Positions 1-5,826 of a DNA stretch of 5,826 nt are shown here, in pieces. Position 1 is the first letter of the stretch. Each line of letters opens with the position of its first letter. The translations under genes and the position numbers were made by a program. Under the pieces are notes generated by a model, which did not search any database, was not told the origin of the DNA, and saw only the letters and a program-made list of their open reading frames with translations. The stretch is from NCBI GenBank assembly GCA_041677685.1, contig JBAYPN010000035.1:1-5826 (forward strand), in the 5' to 3' direction. The DNA is from an archaeon. GTDB lineage: Archaea > Iainarchaeota > Iainarchaeia > Iainarchaeales > CSSED10-239.

Positions 1-12
1 TATGTTTGCACA

Positions 13-26
13 TATATTATATATTT
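13..26 (+). promoter_or_regulatory. TATA-like all-A/T tract upstream of uvrA (candidate promoter core: archaeal TATA box or bacterial -10 element)
   Basis: The sequence tatattatatattt at 13-26 is the only strong A/T-alternating block in the 61 nt before the uvrA ATG. It contains TTATATAT (17-24), which resembles the archaeal TATA consensus. If it is a TATA box centred near -26, transcription would start around position 45-50, giving a leader of about 12-17 nt. No transcript data are available, and the upstream region is cut by the window edge. Confidence 0.25.
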
Positions 27-61
27 CTCTATCTACTTCTTTAATTTAAATTTGAGTAACT

Positions 62-2857
62 ATGATTGACAGTATTATTATTAGGGGTGCACGAGAGCAC
101 AATTTAAAAAACATAGATGTAACTATTCCAAAAAACAAATTAGTGGTTATCACTGGACTATCAGGGTCAGGTAAATCAACACTTGCCTTTGACACTATCT
201 ATGCAGAGGGGCAAAGAAGGTATGTTGAGTCCCTTTCTAGCTATGCAAGACAGTTTCTAGGGATGATGACTAAGCCTGATGTTGACTCAATTGATGGACT
301 TTCTCCAGCAATATCTATTGAACAAAAAACAACTTCTAAAAATCCACGTTCAACAGTTGGAACCACCACAGAAATATATGATTATTTAAGATTGTTGTTT
401 GCAAGAATTGGAACCCCCTACTGCCCTGTTCACAACATCAGAATTCAAGCACTTTCTCCTGACAAGATTGCAGAAACTATAAAAAATGATTTCAATTCCC
501 AAATTACTGTTCTTTCCCCAATTGTCTCTAAAAAGAAAGGAACCTATGAAAAATTAATTGAAGACCTAAACAAAGAAGGTTATTCAAAAGTTAGAGTAAA
601 TGGAAAGATATACAGGACTGATGAAAAAATACCACTTAGTAGATATAAGATGCATGACATAGAAATTGTTATGGATAGAACAGATGCAATTAACACTTCA
701 AGAATTACAGTTGCAATTGAAGAAGGTGTTAAAAAATCAGATGGGCTTATAAAAATCGTTGATGATAAAAATAAAGAAAAATTATATTCAGCAAAACAAG
801 CCTGCCCTGTGTGTGGACTTTCCTTTGAAGAACTGCAACCAAGAATGTTTTCTTTTAATTCCCCATTTGGAGCTTGTGAAGAATGTTCTGGTCTTGGTAT
901 TAAGATGGAGTTTGACAAAGACCTAATTACCCCTGACCAAAATCTCTCAATTGCAGATGGTGCAATTAAGTTATATAAAAACATAATTGATGGATGGAGA
1001 GTTCAACAGCTTGGAGTTGTTGCAAAAGAAAATGGTTTTGATATCTTTACACCAATCAACAAACTTACAAAAAAACAAAAAGACATATTATTTTTTGGCT
1101 CTGAGAAAAGTATTGATTTTAAATTTGAAACAAAAAATGGAAATAGCTTTACACATAGTAGAAGCTGGGAAGGACTTATCCCTCAATCAGAAAGACTATA
1201 CAGACAAACAGAGTCTGAATACAGGAAAAAAGAACTTGAAAAGTTTATGAAAACTAAAGACTGCCCAAAGTGTAAAGGTAAAAGATTAAAGGATAAGATT
1301 CTAGCTGTAAAGGTTAATAAAAAAAATATTATTGAAATTACAGAACTTTCAATTATTAAGATTATTGATTTTTTTAAAAATATAAAAATTACAGAAAAAG
1401 AAAATGAAATTGCAAAACATATATTAAAAGAGATAAATTCTAGATTGGATTTTTTAGAAAAGGTTGGTCTTGGTTATCTCTCTTTATCAAGAACTGCTGG
1501 AAGCCTTTCAGGTGGAGAAGCACAAAGAATAAAGCTTGCAACTAATCTTGGAACAAATCTTACAGGTGTTTTGTATGTTCTTGATGAACCTTCAATTGGC
1601 TTGCATCAAAAGGATAATCAAAAACTAATTAATACTCTTTTTAAATTAAGAGACTTAGGTAACACCTTGATTGTTGTTGAACATGATGAAGACACAATCA
1701 GACAAGCTGACTTTATTATTGACATGGGACCTGGAGCTGGAAGCCACGGAGGAGAAATAGTTGCCAAAGGTACTGCTAAAGAAATTGAAGACAACCCTAA
1801 ATCACTTACAGGAAATTATTTACAAGGAAAAGAATTTATTGAAGTTCCTAAGAAAAGAAAAGAATATAACACAACTCTTAAGATCTTTGGAGCAAAAGAG
1901 AATAATTTAAAAAATATAGATGTTGAAATCCCAATTGGGGTGTTGACTGCAATTACTGGAGTCTCAGGATCAGGAAAGTCAACCTTAATCTATGAGATCT
2001 TATATAAGGCTTTAATGAACAAATTTTATAGATCAAAATTTACACCTGGTAAACATAAAAGAATAGATAGTGGAAAAATTGATAAAATTATCTCAATTGA
2101 TCAATCTCCAATTGGAAGAACCCCAAGAAGTAATCCTGCAACCTACACAAAAGTCTTTGATGAGATTAGAAAAATTTTTACAGCAACAAGGGATGCAAGG
2201 GTTAAAGGCTTTGATATTGGAAGGTTCTCTTTTAATGTTAAGGAAGGAAGATGTCCTGTCTGTTCAGGAGATGGACAAATTAAAATTGAGATGAATTTTT
2301 TACCTGACATCTACATTGATTGTGAGGAGTGCAAGGGTAAGCGATATAATAAAGAAACACTTTTAATAAAGTATAAAGACAAAACCATAGCAGATGTCTT
2401 AGATATGTCAGTTGAAGAAGCCTATTATTTTTTTGAAAATATACCTTTAATTAAAAGAAAGTTAAAAACCTTGATGGATGTTGGTCTCTCATACATTAAG
2501 TTAGGACAAAGCTCTGTTACCTTGTCTGGTGGAGAAGCACAAAGAATAAAGATTACAAGAGAACTTTCAAAGAGTGCAAGTGGAAACACCATCTACCTTC
2601 TAGATGAACCAACCACTGGTCTTCACTTCCATGATGTTAAAAAATTAGTTGAAGTTTTAAAAAGATTGATCAAGAAGGGAAACACAGTTGTTGTTATTGA
2701 GCACAACCTTGAGGTAATCAAATCAGTTGATTACATAATTGATCTTGGTCCTGATGGTGGAGAAAATGGAGGAGAGATTATTGCTAAAGGCACTCCTGAA
2801 CAACTAATCAAAAGTCAAAAAAGCTACACAGCAAAATACTTAAAGAAGGTTTTATGA
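62..2857 (+). CDS. uvrA: Excinuclease ABC subunit A (UvrA), class I, full length, 931 aa
   Basis: The N-terminus [20 protein letters not shown] is a canonical UvrA start. There are two ABC ATPase halves. The Walker A motifs are GLSGSGKST (aa 32-40) and GVSGSGKST, and the signature [10 protein letters not shown] occurs twice. The Walker B/D-loops are [13 protein letters not shown] and [12 protein letters not shown], and the H-loops are VVEHD and VIEHN. The UvrA-specific zinc modules are present: C121-P-V-H124 with C248-P-V-C251, C272-E-E-C275 with C401-P-K-C404, and CPVCSGDG...CEECKGKRY in the C-terminal half. The segment between the first zinc ligands (aa ~125-247, the UvrB-binding domain) and the insertion domain (aa ~280-400) are both present. 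The stop is TGA at 2855-2857. Confidence 0.97.
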   Translation: MIDSIIIRGAREHNLKNIDVTIPKNKLVVITGLSGSGKSTLAFDTIYAEGQRRYVESLSSYARQFLGMMTKPDVDSIDGLSPAISIEQKTTSKNPRSTVGTTTEIYDYLRLLFARIGTPYCPVHNIRIQALSPDKIAETIKNDFNSQITVLSPIVSKKKGTYEKLIEDLNKEGYSKVRVNGKIYRTDEKIPLSRYKMHDIEIVMDRTDAINTSRITVAIEEGVKKSDGLIKIVDDKNKEKLYSAKQACPVCGLSFEELQPRMFSFNSPFGACEECSGLGIKMEFDKDLITPDQNLSIADGAIKLYKNIIDGWRVQQLGVVAKENGFDIFTPINKLTKKQKDILFFGSEKSIDFKFETKNGNSFTHSRSWEGLIPQSERLYRQTESEYRKKELEKFMKTKDCPKCKGKRLKDKILAVKVNKKNIIEITELSIIKIIDFFKNIKITEKENEIAKHILKEINSRLDFLEKVGLGYLSLSRTAGSLSGGEAQRIKLATNLGTNLTGVLYVLDEPSIGLHQKDNQKLINTLFKLRDLGNTLIVVEHDEDTIRQADFIIDMGPGAGSHGGEIVAKGTAKEIEDNPKSLTGNYLQGKEFIEVPKKRKEYNTTLKIFGAKENNLKNIDVEIPIGVLTAITGVSGSGKSTLIYEILYKALMNKFYRSKFTPGKHKRIDSGKIDKIISIDQSPIGRTPRSNPATYTKVFDEIRKIFTATRDARVKGFDIGRFSFNVKEGRCPVCSGDGQIKIEMNFLPDIYIDCEECKGKRYNKETLLIKYKDKTIADVLDMSVEEAYYFFENIPLIKRKLKTLMDVGLSYIKLGQSSVTLSGGEAQRIKITRELSKSASGNTIYLLDEPTTGLHFHDVKKLVEVLKRLIKKGNTVVVIEHNLEVIKSVDYIIDLGPDGGENGGEIIAKGTPEQLIKSQKSYTAKYLKKVL
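1511..1534 (+). repeat. Copy 1 of an exact 24-nt intragenic direct repeat (ABC signature motif of UvrA half I)
   Basis: ggtggagaagcacaaagaataaag encodes GGEAQRIK (aa 484-491). It is identical at every base to 2528-2551. Confidence 0.9.
2528..2551 (+). repeat. Copy 2 of an exact 24-nt intragenic direct repeat (ABC signature motif of UvrA half II)
   Basis: ggtggagaagcacaaagaataaag encodes GGEAQRIK (aa 823-830). The flanking bases differ from copy 1 on both sides. Confidence 0.9.
2845..2850 (+). promoter_or_regulatory. Weak Shine-Dalgarno-like GAAGGT inside the uvrA 3' end, 3 nt upstream of the uvrC ATG
   Basis: GAAGGT matches 5 of 6 positions of GGAGGT. The spacer to the ATG at 2854 is only ttt, shorter than typical. 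Translation of uvrC may instead depend on termination-reinitiation at the ATGA overlap. Confidence 0.2.
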
Positions 2858-4410
2858 ACTTAAAAGAGATTCCCTCTAAGCCAGGGTGTTATATCTTTAA
2901 AGATAAGAAAGAAAATATCATCTATATTGGTAAAGCCAAAGACCTTAAAAAAAGAGTTGGAAGTTATTTTTTATCTAAGGACAATACTATTAAAAATCAG
3001 AGACTTATAGAGAACATTGAAAGTGTTGACTACATAATTACTAAAAACGAAATTGAAGCACTTATCTTAGAAAACACCTTAATTAAAAAGAACAAACCAA
3101 AATATAATGTTGAACTTAAAAATAATGAAAGGTATGCTTACATAAAGATTACCTCTGAAAAAATACCAAGGGTAATTGTGTCAAGAGACAGAAAAGATAA
3201 GAATGGAATTTATTATGGACCATTTGTAAGTGCACAAAAAAGGGACTACATCATTAAAACCTTAAACAAAGTCTTTAAGCTAAGAACTTGTAAAACCCTA
3301 AGAAAAAAACCATGTCTTAGATTTTACATGAACCAGTGTAATGGTGTGTGCTTTGGAAAAGAGCCTGTTAGTGAATATTTAAAACGAATTGAGGAAGTTA
3401 AACTTATACTTTCTGGAAAAACACAAGAAATAATTTCAAACTTAGAAAAAAAAATGAAAGTTTTTTCAAAAGAGCAGAATTTTGAAAGTGCATTAATCTT
3501 AAGGGATAGAATTACTTCTATAAAATATCTAGACACAAAGCAGATGATGGAGAGGAATAAAAAAAATAATGAAGATATTATTAATTTTTCTTTTAAAGAC
3601 AAGCAAGCTTACTTTCTTTTATTTAATATCAATAAAGGGAACTTGATCAACAAACAAGAATTTGCACTAGACAGAGAGCAATTTAAAACACTTGATGATT
3701 TTTTAATTAATTATTATTCAAACACAAAACTTCCAAAAGAGTTGATTGTTCCTAAAAGCCTAAAGCCAAACACCATTAAATACCTAAACAAACTCTCTAA
3801 ACAAAAATTAATAATCAATGTCCCAAAGAAGGGAGATAAAAAGAAACTATTGGACCTAATCTCAGAAAATATAAGATATCTTTTCTTTAACAAACTAGAT
3901 GTTGTTGAAAATTTAAAAACCAAATTGAACTTGAAAAAAACACCTCTTGTCATTGAGTGCTTTGATGTCTCTCATCTCTCCGGAACTAACATTGTAGCAT
4001 CAATGGTTCAATTTAAAAATGGTAAACCTAATAAAAAGGAATACAGGAGATATAAAATTAAAGATGTTTTAGAAAATAATGATTATGAGTCAATTAAAGA
4101 GGTAGTCTTTAGAAGATATAAAAGATTACTTTTAGAAAATAAAAGCCTACCTGATTTGATTGTTATTGATGGAGGAAAAGGACAACTTTCCTCTGCAATC
4201 TCCTCTCTAAAAAAACTAAACATAGATGTTAACAACCAAGACATAATCTCAATTGCAAAAAAAGAAGAAGAAATCTTTAATGCAAATAACTTAATCCCAA
4301 TCAAGCTGAATAAAAAGGACAGTCCCTTACACCTCCTTCAATTTATAAGAGATGAATCACATAGATTTGCAATTACCTACCAAAAAAAACTAAGACTAAA
4401 AGAACTGTAA
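2854..4410 (+). CDS. uvrC: Excinuclease ABC subunit C (UvrC), short form of 518 aa without a C-terminal (HhH)2 domain
   Basis: The GIY-YIG 3'-endonuclease domain is present: PGCYIF, NIIYIGKAKDLKKRV, EALILENTLIKKNKPKYN (Y13, Y24, R34, E73, N85). A four-Cys motif follows: C146-x7-C154-x7-C162-x3-C166 (RTCKTLRKKPCLRFYMNQCNGVC). The UVR domain is SGKTQEIISNLEKKMKVFSKEQNFESALILRDRITSIKYL. The RNase H-like 5'-endonuclease domain has IECFDVSH (D371), LIVIDGGKGQ (D439) and RDESHRFAI (H503). The ATG at 2854 overlaps the uvrA TGA (ATGA). The stop is TAA at 4408-4410, only 15 residues after H503. Confidence 0.95.
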   Translation: MNLKEIPSKPGCYIFKDKKENIIYIGKAKDLKKRVGSYFLSKDNTIKNQRLIENIESVDYIITKNEIEALILENTLIKKNKPKYNVELKNNERYAYIKITSEKIPRVIVSRDRKDKNGIYYGPFVSAQKRDYIIKTLNKVFKLRTCKTLRKKPCLRFYMNQCNGVCFGKEPVSEYLKRIEEVKLILSGKTQEIISNLEKKMKVFSKEQNFESALILRDRITSIKYLDTKQMMERNKKNNEDIINFSFKDKQAYFLLFNINKGNLINKQEFALDREQFKTLDDFLINYYSNTKLPKELIVPKSLKPNTIKYLNKLSKQKLIINVPKKGDKKKLLDLISENIRYLFFNKLDVVENLKTKLNLKKTPLVIECFDVSHLSGTNIVASMVQFKNGKPNKKEYRRYKIKDVLENNDYESIKEVVFRRYKRLLLENKSLPDLIVIDGGKGQLSSAISSLKKLNIDVNNQDIISIAKKEEEIFNANNLIPIKLNKKDSPLHLLQFIRDESHRFAITYQKKLRLKEL

Positions 4411-4423
4411 AAGAAAAGTAAAT

Positions 4424-5826
4424 ATGGAAAATAAATTTAAATTAATTTCAAAATTTAAGCCTAAAGGGGATCAACCAAAAGCAATCAAAGAGCTCTCAGA
4501 CGGTCTTTTAAAAAATGGAAAGGAAGATAGAAGAAACTTTCAAACTTTACTTGGAGTAACAGGCTCAGGAAAAACATTTTCTGTTTCTAATGTTATTGAA
4601 AAATATCAAAAACCAACTCTTGTTATTGCACATAATAAGACTTTAGCTGCTCAACTTTACAATGAATTTAAGGAATTTTTCCCTAATAATAAAGTAGAAT
4701 ATTTTGTATCTTATTATGACTTTTACCAACCTGAAAGTTATCTACCAACAAGAGACCTTTATATTGAAAAGAACACAAAGGTTAATGCAGAAATTGAAAA
4801 ATTAAGGTTAAGAGCAACAGCAGCACTAACCTCCAGAAATGATGTCATAATTGTTGCTTCAGTCTCCTGTATCTATGGTCTTGGAAATCCAGAAAATTAT
4901 AAGGAACTTTCAGTCCCTGTCTTTGTTTCTCAAAAGATTGAAAGAAAAAAACTCTTAGATAAATTTTTAGATATCCAATATCAAAGAAATGATAATAACT
5001 TAGAGCCTGGAAACTTTAGAGTTAGAGGACAGACAATTGACATCATCCCTGCTTACTATGAAAACATCATTAGAATTGAGATGTTTGGAGATGAAATTGA
5101 AAGGATCTTAGAAATTGATAAGCTTGATAACACTGTTGTTGCTAAAATGAAATCAATTAAAATTCATCCAGCTAAGCACTTTGTTATCAAGGAGGGTCAG
5201 AAAGAAAAGGCCTTAATTGAAATTAAAAAAGAACTTGAAAAAAGGCTTCCAGAACTTGAACCAATTGCACAACAGAGGTTATCTCAAAGGGTAAGGTATG
5301 ATCTTGAGATGATCAAAGAAACAGGATACTGTAATGGAATTGAAAACTATTCAAGATTTTTTGATAACAGAAGGGAAGGGCAAAGGCCTTTCTGCCTAAT
5401 TGATTATTTTCCTAAAGACTTTCTATTGGTTATTGATGAGAGCCACCAAACAATTCCTCAGATTAATGGAATGTATGCTGGGGACTACTCAAGAAAAAGA
5501 AATCTTGTAGACTATGGTTTTAGGTTACCCTCAGCTCTTGACAACAGACCTCTAAAGTTTAAAGAGTTTGAAAAGATTTTTATGAGAAATGTTATCTTTG
5601 TTTCTGCAACCCCTAGCGAGTATGAGACAAGTAACTCTTGTAAAATTGTTGAACAGATAATAAGACCTACAGGGCTTGTTGACCCAGAAGTTGAGATTAG
5701 AAGCACTAAGTCCCAAATAACAGACCTGATTAAAGAAATTCTTGCAACTATTAAAAAAAAGGAAAGAATATTAGTCACAACACTTACAAAGAAACTAGCT
5801 GAAGAAGTCTCTGAATTTTTGGCAGA
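4424..5826 (+). CDS. uvrB: Excinuclease ABC subunit B (UvrB), N-terminal 467 codons; the ORF continues past the right edge of the window
   Basis: I translated this by hand from the ATG at 4424 and found no stop through 5826. It is not in the supplied ORF track because it has no stop in the window. The N-terminus MENKFKLISKFKPKGDQPKAIKEL is canonical. Helicase motif I is LLGVTGSGKTF, followed by PTLVIAHNKTLAAQLYNEFKEFFP. The beta-hairpin region is VEYFVSYYDFYQPESYLPTRDLYIEK, followed by VIIVASVSCIYGLG. Domain 2 reads FRVRGQTIDIIPAYYENIIRIEMFGDEIERI. Also present are RVRYDLEMIKETGYCNGIENYSR, motif II LLVIDESH (D at 5435-5437), DYGFRLPSALDNRPLKF, FVSATPSEYE and EQIIRPTGLVDPEVEIR. Confidence 0.95.
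   Translation, partial: MENKFKLISKFKPKGDQPKAIKELSDGLLKNGKEDRRNFQTLLGVTGSGKTFSVSNVIEKYQKPTLVIAHNKTLAAQLYNEFKEFFPNNKVEYFVSYYDFYQPESYLPTRDLYIEKNTKVNAEIEKLRLRATAALTSRNDVIIVASVSCIYGLGNPENYKELSVPVFVSQKIERKKLLDKFLDIQYQRNDNNLEPGNFRVRGQTIDIIPAYYENIIRIEMFGDEIERILEIDKLDNTVVAKMKSIKIHPAKHFVIKEGQKEKALIEIKKELEKRLPELEPIAQQRLSQRVRYDLEMIKETGYCNGIENYSRFFDNRREGQRPFCLIDYFPKDFLLVIDESHQTIPQINGMYAGDYSRKRNLVDYGFRLPSALDNRPLKFKEFEKIFMRNVIFVSATPSEYETSNSCKIVEQIIRPTGLVDPEVEIRSTKSQITDLIKEILATIKKKERILVTTLTKKLAEEVSEFLA

Noticed and set aside
1-14. An inverted repeat TATGT-N4-ACATA at the extreme left edge, next to the TATA-like tract, as a possible operator
   Set aside because: The arms are only 5 bp in very AT-rich sequence, so it is easily a chance occurrence. 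It is truncated by the window edge, so its extent cannot be judged. It matches neither the LexA-box nor the Cheo-box consensus.
422-814. Whether this UvrA is a class II (UvrA2/DrrC-like) drug-resistance paralogue rather than the repair protein
   Set aside because: Class II UvrA proteins lack the UvrB-binding domain. Here about 125 residues lie between the C121/H124 and C248/C251 zinc ligands, so the domain is present. The gene is also operonic with uvrC and uvrB.
580-984. A 134-aa ORF on the minus strand inside uvrA
   Set aside because: It lies entirely antisense to a strongly supported uvrA reading frame. The predicted peptide is low-complexity (Ser/Ile/Leu/Phe-rich) with no recognisable motif. 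Stop-free antisense runs like this are a typical artefact of AT-rich, Lys/Glu-rich coding sequence.
987-1250. An 87-aa plus-strand ORF in an alternative frame within uvrA
   Set aside because: It is an out-of-frame overlap with the uvrA insertion domain. It has no motif and no start-site signal, and the uvrA frame explains the region fully.
2070-2294. A 74-aa plus-strand ORF in an alternative frame within uvrA
   Set aside because: The reasoning is the same as for 987-1250. It overlaps the conserved [16 protein letters not shown] and zinc-module-3 coding region of uvrA and has no independent support.
2855-2857. Alternative genetic code (TGA read as Trp or Gly), as in some AT-rich reduced-genome lineages
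   Set aside because: uvrA terminates on TGA at exactly the expected C-terminus (…AKYLKKVL), coincident with the uvrC start. None of the ~1,900 codons of the three genes contains an in-frame TGA. Standard code 11 explains everything.
3446-3454. An A9 homopolymer in uvrC (codons E198-K199-K200-M201), with similar A8 runs at 1319-1326, 3559-3566 and 5753-5760, as possible slipped-strand phase-variation switches for a mutator phenotype
   Set aside because: Poly-A runs of 8-9 nt are expected by composition in a low-GC genome whose proteins are Lys-rich (AAA codons). They are scattered rather than placed near the 5' ends, and nothing else suggests contingency-locus behaviour. Population sequencing would be needed to show length variation.
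3324-3602. A 92-aa minus-strand ORF inside uvrC
   Set aside because: It is antisense to the four-Cys and UVR-domain coding region. The peptide is Phe/Ser/Ile-rich and low-complexity with no motif.
3714-3953. A 79-aa minus-strand ORF inside uvrC
   Set aside because: It is an antisense artefact of AT-rich coding sequence with no recognisable domain or signals.
4083-4304. A 73-aa minus-strand ORF inside uvrC
   Set aside because: It is antisense to the conserved IDGGKGQ endonuclease-domain region of uvrC and has no independent support.
4408-4423. The possibility that short UvrC is a frameshifted or truncated pseudogene whose HhH-coding tail survives downstream
   Set aside because: Only 13 nt separate the TAA from the uvrB ATG, and UvrB begins with its own canonical N-terminus. 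No remnant of a ~60-aa HhH2 coding segment can exist here. All upstream catalytic motifs of UvrC are intact, so I call it a functional short form rather than a pseudogene.
5512-5778. An 88-aa minus-strand ORF, the only track entry in the last 1.4 kb
   Set aside because: It lies antisense to the clearly conserved uvrB frame (FRLPSALDNRPL ... RPTGLVDPEVEIR). It appears as the only candidate solely because the open-ended uvrB ORF was not listed.

Overview
This is visibly AT-rich prokaryotic DNA (roughly one-third G+C by eye, not computed), and almost all of it is coding on the + strand. It holds the three genes of the UvrABC nucleotide-excision-repair excinuclease in one tightly packed, co-directional cluster. 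uvrA (62-2857) is complete at 931 aa. uvrC (2854-4410) is complete at 518 aa and shares an ATGA stop/start overlap with uvrA. uvrB starts at 4424, 13 nt after the uvrC stop, and its first 467 codons run off the right edge. Because it has no stop codon in the window, uvrB is absent from the supplied ORF track. All diagnostic motifs of the three proteins are intact, with no in-frame stops or frameshifts. I see no RNA gene, CRISPR array, mobile element, toxin-antitoxin pair or defence-like cassette. The non-coding space is only 61 nt, -4 nt and 13 nt, so there is no room for a hidden system. My honest reading is an ordinary housekeeping repair operon, not a novel biological system. The point most worth a second look is that UvrC stops 15 residues after its endonuclease-domain His motif and so lacks the canonical C-terminal (HhH)2 DNA-binding domain, with no room downstream for it. 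Lesser points are the A-C-B single-operon arrangement, weak or absent Shine-Dalgarno signals together with a TATA-like upstream tract, a compacted four-Cys motif in UvrC, a Tyr-to-Phe change in the UvrB beta-hairpin, and exact nucleotide repeats between the two ABC halves of uvrA. The source organism cannot be assigned from sequence alone. The composition and compactness would fit a low-GC, small-genome archaeon or bacterium.
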